Assembly: GCA_963716025.1 (NCBI GenBank)
Contig: CAVQSY010000068.1
Span: 2,108-66,107, forward strand
Reading direction: 5' to 3'
Origin: an uncultured Chloroflexia bacterium
Lineage (GTDB): Bacteria > Chloroflexota > Limnocylindria > Limnocylindrales > CSP1-4
Length of the DNA: 64,000 bases
In this document: positions 54,734 to 64,000 of the stretch, one piece after another
Layout of the letters: each line of letters starts with the position of its first letter
Numbering within the stretch: position 1 is the first letter of the stretch
Made by a program: the position numbers and the translations under genes
The notes under the pieces: generated by a model
The model's input: only the letters and a program-made list of their open reading frames with translations
What the model was told of the DNA's origin: nothing
The model's database searches: none

Positions 54734-57354
54734 ATGCCGAGACGGCAAGCAGCGAGAGTCTCTTTCGTGACGGCTGCCGTCGCGGCGGCGCTCTCGGCGG
54801 GGCTGGTCTCCGCCGAGGCGCCTTCCCGGGATGAGGTGGCGCAACGGCCGCTGCTCACGAGAGGGGCAGGCTTCGGAACGGCTCGTTTCAACGGCATCTG
54901 GGATCTCGACCTGGCGACCGGCGGTCTGGGCCGCCTCCGGCCGCTGGTGCTCACCTATCAGTATCCCTACAGCACCGGCTCGTTCTTCAACGGTGGCGAG
55001 GGGGCTCTGTCCGCCCAGGGCGACACGCTGTCATACCGGACGTGGCCGGGAGTGCTCGAGTTCGACCTGTTCTCATGGCGATTGGTGAGGCGGCCTGCCG
55101 AGCACGACTCGGCTGGGGATGTAGGCTGGGTGTCTGCGGCCCGACTTGGGAGGGGAAGACGCAGCGATCGGGAGCTTGGAGCCTGGGTCGTATGGGTTTC
55201 CGATCTGCGTGCGGTCTATCTTCACAGCTGTCTACAACACCGGCACCCCGGGACTGCCCTGCGAACCAGAAAGCCCGCCGTTTTTCCCGGCAGGCACGCC
55301 CTACTACTCCTCGATCCTATTCCAGCCTCCGCTGACCGAGCCAGGAGCGGTCCAGGTGGTGGGCGAGCTTCCGGACGTGGGCTGGCGGGTGACTCTGCCG
55401 TCGACTCGACTGCTGTCACCGGATGCGCGGCGGGGCGGGTTCTGGCGGCCGACGCCGCGGGGCTACCAGTTCATCAGGCTCCCTGCCGGTGGTGGGGTCG
55501 AGGTCGACCCGGTGCAGGACTTCCACGGCGAGCTGCTCGAGCTCGAGAACACCGAGGTCCGGACGCTGGTCTACCACGAGCTCAGCGACTCGCTGATCGG
55601 CAGCGTGTACGACATTCCCTGGACTGGCGGCTCGCAGGGCTACTGGATCTTCGCCGCCGATCCGGAGTCCGGCGAGATGCGGACGCTGACCCACATCGAC
55701 TACGACCTGGAGGGGTACCCCTATACCTGGGCCTCGATCGGGCGGCCGCCGCGGGAGCACGTGCAGACCGTGCCGATCGTCGGCGGCGGACCTGGGGCGC
55801 GGGGGACCGACTGGAGCACCGAGCTCTGGCTCTACAACCCGTCGGCCCGGCCGCAGACGGCGACCCTGCGACGGGTCACGCGCCCGGAGGAGAGCCGGAC
55901 GCTGGAGGTCCCGGGGCACGGCTCCGTGCGGGTCGACGACACCCTGACCTGGCTCGGGGCCGGCCCCTCGGGCGACGGCGTGCGCCACGAGGCGGTGGTG
56001 GTGAGCGCCGAGTCCCGCTGGGCCGAGCAGCTGGTCGCGCAGGGCCGGATCTCCACCGCCGACCCGGCGACCGGGGGCCGCTTCGGGCACGCCGTGCCGG
56101 CGGTGCCGGGCCGGGTCGGCTACTCCAACCACCTCGCCTGGGTCTACGGCGTCGACGAGGAGCTCGACCGGGTGTTCGTGCCGACCATGAACGCCGCCTT
56201 TCTCGATCTCGACAACCTCGAGGCAGGCCGCTTCCGGGCCAACCTCGGGGTGGTCAACGACCTCGACGAGCCGGTGACGATCACCCTGGTCTGGACCCAC
56301 TCCTACACCATCGGGCACTTTCGGCTACGGCCCCCGGAGACCATCCAGCACCTGACGGTGCCGGCCCACGGCGTGGTGCTGCGCCCTCTGGAAGACCTCT
56401 TCCCGGCGGAGATCGTGGCCGCCTTCCCGCCGCGGATCGCCGTGGCGGGGGACCGCCCGGCCATCGTCTGGCTGTCCCTGGTCGACAACCTGACCGGCGA
56501 CGCCACCTTCATCCCCTACACCACCTACCAGCTGTTCAACGACGACCCCGACGACCGGCTGGTGATCCCGGCGGTGGCGAGCACGGGTGGCCGCAACGGC
56601 ACCTCGTGGCGGACCGACCTCCTGGGCGTGGCGTCGTACGACTACCCGTTCGACGGGATCCTCGCCACCTATCGCCCGGAGGACCCGGCGTCGGACTGTG
56701 GCGGCGCGGCACTCGAGGGACCCATCGAGGACTGGGTGCTGGGCGACCTCGGGGCGCCGGTCGAGCCCTGGGTGGCGATCCTCGAGGAGCTCTACGACCG
56801 CGAGTACTCGGACACTCAGGCGACCTTCAGCCTCAACACCGTCTACCGGGACGTGGTGCGCCGCTTCGCGCCGTGCGCCGAGGAGGTCTCGACCAAGGGC
56901 GCCCTCGAGGTCGCCACGGCGAGCTGGACGGCCGGTTGGTCGCGGACCTACACGACTCGACCCGACGGCGGGACCTACGGCGGCATGCTGCCCTTCTACC
57001 CACCGGGGGGCTGGCCGGTGCAGCACTTCGCCGGGCTCGAGGTGAACCCGGAGCAGCGGATCAACGTCGGGCTCTACAACGGCATCGCCGAGCACCCGGT
57101 GACCCACCGGCTGCTGCTCTACGCCGCCGATGGCACCCTGGCCGCGGCGCGCGAGGTCGACGCTCGCACCCCACGAGCACCGCCAGGAGCCGCTGGCGAG
57201 GCTCCTCGCGGTGCCGGTGGAGATCCTGCCCGACGGCCTCTACGGCCTCACCGTGATCCCCCTCGACGACCCCGAGACCGGCCTCGAGGGCCGCTCCTGG
57301 GCCTACGTCTCGCTGGTCGACAACCGCACCAACGACCCGGTGAATCTGTGGTGA
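54734..57354 (+). CDS. ~870-aa secreted protein of unknown function with two tandem ~250-270-aa modules (frameshifts near 55140 and 57160)
   Basis: AGGAGG overlaps the protease TAG stop, and the ATG lies 10 nt after that stop. Signal peptide MPRRQAARVSFVTAAVAAALSAGLVSAEA. The modules start VPIVGGGPGARGTDWSTELWLYN (55770) and VIPAVASTGGRNGTSWRTDLLGV (56562). They end SLVDNLTGDATF and SLVDNRTNDPVNLW*. Confidence 0.7.
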
Positions 57355-57603
57355 TAGAGAAGCGGTAGTGGTTGCCAGATTCGCGAAGCGAATCTCGTAG
57401 CCACTGACGTCCTCGGACGTGGTAGCTCATTCGCGATCGGCCGTGTCATCGGTGTGTGGCCGGTTGGACGGGCCGGGAGTGTCACGGGAAAAGTCAGCCC
57501 TCCTCCATTGGGGTTCGACAGCAGCGCCCAGCACGATCTCCTCTTGCGATCAGCCGAAGGTTGAACTTTCAATCAGCGATCGTAGAGCTTGCAATCAGCC
57601 GAG

Positions 57604-58851
57604 ATGGACGATCCGGTGCTGTACCCGCGATTCGTCGCTGATCGGCTGCTCGAGGCGCTGGACGACACGCCGGTGGTGCTGATCCACGGACCGCGCCAGT
57701 GCGGCAAGACGACGCTGGCGCGGCGGGTCGGCGGAGCCGAGAGGCTACGCCTACTTCAGCTTCGACGACGACGTCGACCTCGCGGCGCCGAGCGCCGACC
57801 CGGTCGGCTTCGTCGCGGACCTGCCGGAGCGGACGATCCTCGACGAGGTGCAGCGGGTGCCCGGGCTGTTCACCGCCCTCAAGACCGCCGTGGATCGGAC
57901 GGCGCACTCCGGGGCGGTTCCTGCTCACCGGCTCGGCCAACGTGCTGCTGGTGCCCACAGCTCGCCGACTCGCTGGCGGGACGCATGGAGATCCTGCGCC
58001 TGCACCCGCTGGCGCAGGCGAGCTGGCCGGGCGTCGCCGGGCTTCCTCGACGCGCTGTTCGGCGAGGGCTTCAAGGCGCGCGAGCGGGCGCGACTCGGCG
58101 GCGGAGCTCGCCGAGCGCATCGTCGCCGGCGGCTACCCGGCGGCGCTCGCGCGAGCCACACCGGCGCCGGCGCGCGCCTGGTACCGCGACTACATCGAGA
58201 CCCTCGTGCAGCGCGACGTGCGCGACCTGGCCCGCATCAGCTCGCTCGACGCCCTGCCCGCGGCTGCTCGCGCTGGCCGCCGCGCAGACGGCGCGCCTGC
58301 TCAACGTGAGCGACCTGGCGGCACCGTTCCAGCTCAGCCGACCGACGATCCGCGACTACGTGACGCTGCTCGAGCGGGTGTTCCTGCTCGAGACGCTGCC
58401 GCCGTGGCACAGCAATCGGCTGAGCCGGCTCGTCAAGACGCCGAAGCTGCACCTCGGCGACACGGGACTGGCCTGCGCCCTGCTCGGCGTCGACGCGCCG
58501 CTCTGGCCGCGGACCGGACCACGCTGCGGCCAGCTGCTCGAGACCTTCGTGTACCAGGAGCTGCGCCGACAGGCGAGCTGGGCACGAGGACGCCGATCCC
58601 GTTCCACCACTTCCGCGACAAGGACGGCGCCGAGGTGGACATCGTGCTCGAGCGCGGCGGCCGCGAGCTGGCCGGCGTCGAGGTCAAGGCCGCGGCGACG
58701 GTCGTCGACGGCGGACTTCCGCGGCCTGCGCAAGCTCGGACGCCGCCGGCGAAGCGCTTCGCGGCGGCGTCGTGCTCTACGACGGCGAGACCACCGTCAG
58801 CTTCGGCGACCGCCTGTGCGCGGTGCCCGTGCGGAGGCTCTGGGAGGGGTA
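57604..58851 (+). pseudogene. AAA+ ATPase with DUF4143-type, PD-(D/E)xK-like C-terminal domain (COG1373-like), many frameshifts
   Basis: VVLIHGPRQCGKTTLAR (Walker A, ~57688-57714); RTILDEVQRVPGLF (Walker B region); YIETLVQRDVRDLARI; LLNVSDLAAPFQLSRPTIRDYV; DGAEVDIVLERGGRELAGVEVKAAATV; VVLYDGETTVSFGDRL. Confidence 0.7.
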
Positions 58852-59340
58852 GGGGAGATCCGGCTGGAGAGGGCCTCAGCGAGCAGGAACAGCGACAGGG
58901 GCAGTGTTCAGGGACAGCGACAGCGGCAGCGAGCAGGAACAGCGGCTTCGCCAGTGTACGGGGTCGGCGACAGGGCTCGCGATGGCGTCGCCCAGGGGGG
59001 CGGCGCCTGGTCACCTCCGGGTCTTTCACGGGGTGAGGGGGGGTTAGCCGGCAACCTGGGCGGTGTCGAAGGTCGCTTCGCGACCGGCCTGCGGCCGGCG
59101 ACCACCTGCGATTGCTGGCCTCGGCGGGGGCCGTCGATCGTCGGCCTGCCGAGGTGGCGCTCGATCGGTCCGACGAGGTCCGGGCGATGACCTTGCGGCT
59201 GCTCCATCCATGAGAGGTCTTGATGAAGAGCTTGACAGCCCCCTTCCCAGGACGCTGTGTTCACGATCGACACGGAGGGCGCCCTCCGCACGAGCACGCG
59301 GAGGAATCACATGCGATCTTGGACGCGCGGGTAGTGGTGT

Positions 59341-59463
59341 ACGTTGGTGGCGATGTGTCTGATGACGACGGTGGCGGGGACGTTCAGGTTGGGCGATGCC
59401 GAGGGAACCGGAGGTTGGGTCTGCACGTGTCAGAGCCCGTGCAGCCCACCGATTGGGTGGTAG
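59341..59463 (+). pseudogene. Remnant of the C-terminal tail of a second M4-like protease copy
   Basis: ...TTVAGTFRLGDAEGTGGWVCTCQSPCSPPIGW* aligns with ...QIAVAGAFRSVGYEGTGGWVCTCSSPCSPPVVW* of 54723. It is followed by the same TAGGAGGACGACCATG junction. Confidence 0.65.
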
Positions 59464-59473
59464 GAGGACGACC

Positions 59474-62078
59474 ATGCCGAGACGGCAAGCAGCGAGAGTC
59501 TCTTTCGTGACCGCTGCCGCCGCGGCGGCGCTCTCGGCGGGCTGGTCTCCGCCGAGGCGCCTTCCCGGGAGCAGGTGGCAGACGGGCCGTACCTGACGCG
59601 GGCCGCGGGTTTTGGAACGGCCCGCTACAACGGCATCTGGAAGCTGAACCTGGAGTCCGGGGAGCTGTCGATAGCCTGCCCGCTGGTGTCTCACGTGGCA
59701 GCACGCGTACCTGATCGAGAAGTTCTTCATAGGTGGAGAAGCCGCGCCTGCCGCCCACGGCGACACATGTCCTACCGCACCTGGCCTGGGATCCTCGAGT
59801 TCGACCTGTTCTCCTGGCGCCTGCTGCGCAGGCTGCCCAGCGTGACGCGCCCGGGCGATGTCGGCTGGAGACTCCTGGACCGACGCTGGCGGCGGACGGA
59901 TACCGAGGCGACTGGGATCGGGCCGGGACCTACGGGTTTCCAATCTGCCGGAGGAGCTTCTTGACGTGGAGAGGTCCCCAGTTCCCCGAAACGACTACCT
60001 CGGCTGCGGCCCGTCGAGCCCGAGTTCGCTCCGAGAACGTTCCCTACTTCACGACGTGGGTCCACCAGTCGGACTTCGACGCGGGAGGGAATCTGATGAT
60101 CCTGGCATCGCTTCCGGAGGTAGACTGGCGAGCTCTACCTTCGTCGGCCGACGTGCTCCTTCGACGCCTCTCGCGGCGGATTCTGGCGGCCGACTTCGCG
60201 AGGCTACCAGCTGTCCGGTCGTCGTCGGACGGCGGGCATCGAGGTCGAGGTCGGCGCACGAACTTCGACGGCGAGGTCCTCGATCTCGAGGACGCCGGCG
60301 TGCGCTCGCGGCGTTCCACGAGCCGTCGGGCACCTGGTCGGCAGCGTCGCGCACATCCCGTTCTCCGGGCCGGCTCAGGGCTACTGGATCTTCTCCGCCG
60401 ACCCCGCGACCGGCGAGATGCGGACGCTGGCCCATTTCGACTACGACCGCGAGGGATATCCCTATATGTGGGCGCTCGGTGGGCGGCCGCCGCGGGAGCA
60501 CGTGCAGACCGTGCCGATCGTCGGCGGCGGACCTGGGGCGCGGGGGACCGACTGGAGCACCGAGCTCTGGCTCTACAACCCGTCGGCCCGGCCGCAGACG
60601 GCGACCCTGCGACGGGTCACGCGCCCGGAGGAGAGCCGGACGCTGGAGGTCCCGGGGCACGGCTCCGTGCGGGTCGACGACACCCTGACCTGGCTCGGGG
60701 CCGGCCCCTCGGGCGACGGCGTGCGCCACGAGGCGGTGGTGGTGAGCGCCGAGTCCCGCTGGGCCGAGGAGCTGGTCGCGCAGGGCCGGATCTCCACTGC
60801 CGACCCGGCGACCGGGGGCCGCTTCGGGCACGCCGTGCCCGCGGTGCCCGGCCGGGTCGGCTACTCCAACCACCTCGCCTGGGTCTACGGCGTCGACGAG
60901 GAGCTCGACCGGGTGTTCGTGCCGACCATGAACGCCGCCGTTCTCGATCTCGACAACCTCGAGGCAGGCCGCTTCCGGCGCATAACCTCGGGGTGGTCAA
61001 CGACCTCGACGAGCCGGTGACGATGACCCTGGTCTGGACGCACTCCTACACCATCGGGCAGTTTCGGCTACGGCCCCCGGAGACCATACAGCACCTGACG
61101 GTGCCGGCCCACGGGGTGGTGTGCGCCCTCGAAGACCTCTTCCGGCGGAGATCGTCGCCGCCTTCCCGCCGCGGATCGCCGTGGCCGGGGACCGCCCGGC
61201 CATCGTCTGGCTGTCCCTGGTCGACAACCTGACCGGCGACGCCACCTTCGTCCCCTACACCACCTACCAGCTGTTCAACGACGACCCCGACGACCGGCTG
61301 GTGATCCCGGCGTGGCGAGCACGGGTGGCCGCAACGGCACCTCTGGCGGACCGACCTCCTCGGCGTGGCATCGACGAAGACCCGTTCGACGGGTCCTCCA
61401 CCTATCGCCCGGAGGACTCCGGCGTCGGACTGCGGCGGCGCGGCACTCGAGGGACCCATCGAGGACTCGGTGCTGGGCGACCTCGGGGCGCCGGTCGAGC
61501 CCGGGTGGGACTCGAGGAGCTCTACGACCGCGTGTACTCGGACACTGAGGCGACCTTCAGCCTGGAAGACCGTCTACCGGGACGCCGTGCGCCGCTTCGC
61601 GCGTGCGCCGAGGAGGTCGACTCAAGGGCGCGCTCGAGGTCGCGACGGCGAGCTGGACCGCCGTGGTCGCGGACCTACACCACTCGCCCCGACGGCGGCA
61701 CCTACGGCGGCATGCTGCCGTTCTACCCGCCGGGGCTGGCCGGTGCAGCACTTCGCCGGCATCGAGGTGGACCCGGAGCAGCGGATCAACCTCGGCCTCT
61801 ACAACGGCAACCACGAGCACCCGGTCACCCACCGGCGCACGCTCTACGCCGCCGACGGCACCCTGGCCGCGGCGCGGGAGGTCGTCCTGCAACCCCACGA
61901 GCACCGCCAGGAGCCGCTGGCGAGGCTCCTCGCGGTGCCGGTGGAGCTCCTGCCCGACGGCCTCTACGGCCTCACCGTGATCCCCCTCGACGACCCGGAG
62001 ACCGGCCTCGAGGGCCGCTCCTGGGCCTACGTCTCGATCGTCGACAACCTAACCAACGATCCGGTGAATCTCTGGTGA
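59474..62078 (+). pseudogene. Second copy of the ~870-aa secreted two-module protein, many frameshifts
   Basis: Same N-terminus MPRRQAARVSFVTAA and same C-terminus ...SWAYVSIVDNLTNDPVNLW*. ORF 60418..61020 is almost identical to the corresponding part of copy 1. The N-terminal third is clearly diverged. Confidence 0.75.
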
Positions 62079-62141
62079 GGGAGGGGCGAGAGTGATCCCA
62101 AGATTCGCGTCGTAGATCTGGGAGCCACGAACGTTTCGGGG

Positions 62142-64000
62142 TCACCGTGCCGTCACCTCGAAGCGGCTGATCTCGCGGGCGGTGTCGTCGAGGGCGGCGG
62201 CGAAGGCGTCCTCGGTTCCGACCCGGTGTGGAGTCATGAGGTCGGTGAGGATCTCGCGGACCTCGCTGCGGGAGGTGTTGAGCCGGACGAGATCGTCGTC
62301 GATGTGGAGCGAGGCCTCTTCGACGATGCGGGTGGCCGCCTCGGACCAGGGGGCGCCGGGCGAGACGACGGTGCCGAGACGCTCGCGGAGCTCGGCCTCG
62401 ACCTCGGCGTTGAGGGCCTTCTTGACCCGGTTGGCGGTCGCCTCGAGCTCGAGGTGGAGGGGCTCCATCTCGGCGTGCATGGACTCCATGGCCTCGTGCA
62501 TCGGCTCCATGCGCTCATGGATCCGGGCCATCGCCTCGTGGTGGGGCGCCATCTCAAGGTGCACCTCGGCGAGGTGTTCATGGAGCGGCTCGAGCTCGCG
62601 GTGCAGCGCCTCGAGCTGCTCGTGCATCGGCTCGAGGTCGACGTGGAGCTGCTCGAGGTTGGCGAGATGTGACTTCAGCTGCTCCTCGATCTGGCGGTGG
62701 ATGTCCTTGATGGTGCCACGCTCGATGTCGAGCTCGATCGACTCGACCACACGGCTCGCCGCCTCGATCTGCTCCAGATAGGGTTCCATGTCGATCTCGA
62801 TCTCGGCGATCCGGTCGAGGTAGGGCTCCATCCGGCGCTCGATTTCCAGCATCGCCGCCTCATCGACGTGCGCGGCGGCCTCGATCCCCTCGGCCTCGAG
62901 CTCGATCTCGGCCGCCGCCTCCTCGAGGCGCTCGTGGTAGGGCTCGAGGCGCGCCTCGACCTCGCGCAGGTCGGCGAGCGCCTGGGCGAGCTCGGTGCCG
63001 GCCTGGCGGGTTTCGGGCTGGACGGCAGCGACGACGGGAACGAGGGCAGCGATCGCGAGGACCGCGGCGGTCAGGGCGGTGCGGGTGGCGGGGTGGATGC
63101 GGGGGCGGTCCAGCATGGCCATGATGCGTTCCTCCACTTCGTGACGGCGAGCCATCCCGGCGACCGGAATGGTGCAGATGGGGCGTCGTCCTGCCAGGCG
63201 GGCGATGCCGAGCAGGTGGCTGGCGTAGTCGGTGGCGCGCTCGCCGAGGGCGAGCACCGTCTCGTCACAGGCGAGCTCCTGCTCGAGCTCGAGGCGCCGG
63301 ACGGCCCACCAGACGAGGGGGTTGAACCAGTACACGGCGACGGTGATCCGCGCCAGGGAGCGCAGCGCCCAGTCACCGCGCGTGACGTGGACGAGCTCGT
63401 GGAGCAGCACGGCGTCGCGGCGATCGGCGAGCCACTGCCCGCAGTGCTCCGGCAGCACGATGACGGGGGCGATCACACCGAGGGTCGCCGGCACGCCGAG
63501 CTCGGCGCTGGCGAGCAGCCGGACGGGTCGCCGGCATCCGGTGCGGCGCCCGGCGCGGTCGAAGGCGGCGCGCCACTCGAGGTCGTCGAGGAGATGGCCG
63601 CGGCGCACCGCGCCGAAGGCGCGCCACCAGCCGACCGTCTGTCGCGCGAGCACGGCGAGGGCGCCGGCGAGCCACAGGACGATCGCCACCAGCGACCACG
63701 GTACGGCCCCCGTCTCGACCGCAGACGGCGCTGGCACTCCGCTCGCGACCCCGGTCGGGTGTGCTGCCGCCGCTGCCGTGCTCTCCGGGCTCGGCGCCCG
63801 GCCGGACTCCGCCGCCGGGGCGAGGGGCGATCGGATGGTGACGGCCGGCAGCGCGATCTCCAGGGAGGGCCCGACGACGGCGAGAGCCGGCACCAGCAGG
63901 CTGCCGCAGATCGCGGTCGCCCACACCAGGGAGCGCAGACGGGCGCTGGCGCGACGCAGGGCCAGCGCTGCCACCGCCGCAACGACGAGCAGTAGTCCGG
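62142..64000 (-). CDS. BlaR1/M56-family membrane metalloprotease-type sensor with a His/Met-rich repeat ectodomain; the N-terminus probably lies beyond the window end
   Basis: LLHELVHVTRGDW (HExxH at 63387-63401), YWFNPLVWW, ELACDE. A C-terminal 11-residue repeat region lies at 62430-62987. The frame stays open to the window edge upstream of the first Met (63974). Confidence 0.7.
   Translation of the reverse strand, partial: GLLLVVAAVAALALRRASARLRSLVWATAICGSLLVPALAVVGPSLEIALPAVTIRSPLAPAAESGRAPSPESTAAAAAHPTGVASGVPAPSAVETGAVPWSLVAIVLWLAGALAVLARQTVGWWRAFGAVRRGHLLDDLEWRAAFDRAGRRTGCRRPVRLLASAELGVPATLGVIAPVIVLPEHCGQWLADRRDAVLLHELVHVTRGDWALRSLARITVAVYWFNPLVWWAVRRLELEQELACDETVLALGERATDYASHLLGIARLAGRRPICTIPVAGMARRHEVEERIMAMLDRPRIHPATRTALTAAVLAIAALVPVVAAVQPETRQAGTELAQALADLREVEARLEPYHERLEEAAAEIELEAEGIEAAAHVDEAAMLEIERRMEPYLDRIAEIEIDMEPYLEQIEAASRVVESIELDIERGTIKDIHRQIEEQLKSHLANLEQLHVDLEPMHEQLEALHRELEPLHEHLAEVHLEMAPHHEAMARIHERMEPMHEAMESMHAEMEPLHLELEATANRVKKALNAEVEAELRERLGTVVSPGAPWSEAATRIVEEASLHIDDDLVRLNTSRSEVREILTDLMTPHRVGTEDAFAAALDDTAREISRFEVTAR

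Larger units (their letters stand above)
52526..57420 (+). repeat. Tandem duplication unit 1 (ATPase remnant - M4-like protease - secreted protein)
   Basis: 52578-53030 aligns with 58625-59097 and 54724-57420 aligns with 59464-62140. The start codons of the secreted-protein genes are 4740 nt apart. Confidence 0.85.
58590..62140 (+). repeat. Tandem duplication unit 2 (ATPase 3' end - protease tail remnant - decayed secreted-protein copy)
   Basis: See unit 1. Unit 2 lacks about 1.4 kb of the protease gene. Confidence 0.85.

Noticed and set aside
59100-59340. Possible transposase or recombinase fragment on the minus strand at the unit-2 deletion point (ORF 58908..59297(-), ...MEQPQGHRPDLVGPIERHLGRPTI...).
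   Set aside because: I could not match it to any transposase or integrase motif (no DDE, HUH or Tyr-recombinase signature). The region also overlaps repeat sequence shared with 52990-53030.
54734-62078. Diversity-generating retroelement (template/variable repeat pair) explaining the two secreted-protein copies.
   Set aside because: The differences are not confined to a short C-terminal region and are not adenine-specific. Whole genes are duplicated, and no reverse transcriptase is present in the window.

Overview
Very GC-rich bacterial chromosomal DNA. Gene content and intergenic repeat style suggest an environmental Gram-negative lineage, but that is only a guess.

Coding content is mainly housekeeping and signalling:
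- fmt, rsmB, an ABC-F ATPase and a radical-SAM/DUF2344/queD triad
- a response regulator - PhnD-like binding protein - histidine kinase operon
- rpmG-rpmB and an HD-GYP protein
- topA, valS, a DEAD-box helicase, ileS-yidD, a Nudix hydrolase, a propeller-GGDEF cyclase and polA
- several secreted or lipoprotein genes

I recognised no rRNA, tRNA, CRISPR array, transposase or integrase by eye.

Three large-scale signals are not explained by gene annotation:
1. Positions 1 to ~18100 form one giant imperfect palindrome. Two ~9-kb arms meet at a 6-nt loop at 9085-9090 and carry nine genes in mirror order. The arms alternate between near-identical blocks and roughly 10-20% diverged, protein-conserving blocks.
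2. 52.5-62.1 kb is a tandem segmental duplication of a cassette: AAA+/PD-(D/E)xK ATPase, M4-like metalloprotease and a ~870-aa secreted two-module protein. It is also mosaic, and each unit has lost a different gene.
3. Frameshift density is extremely uneven. 16.45-25.9, 32.7-36.2, 44.2-47.9 and 62.1-64.0 kb read cleanly. topA, valS, ileS, polA, both ABC-F copies and both radical-SAM copies change frame every ~100-400 nt.

Because single-copy essential genes are broken as written, consensus or assembly error is the leading null hypothesis for all three signals. That includes a fold-back chimera or a path that switches between two related genomes. It must be excluded with raw reads before any biology is claimed.

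Smaller observations:
- G-quadruplex-type (GGGGTCA)n arrays
- a 1.26-kb repeat-bounded intergenic island upstream of ileS
- short-period inverted intergenic repeats
- a BlaR1/M56-like protein with a His/Met-rich 11-residue repeat domain
- a PGK-like protein and a sulfatase-like protein, each lacking canonical catalytic motifs

All alignments were done by eye, so coordinates of frameshifted genes and block boundaries are approximate.
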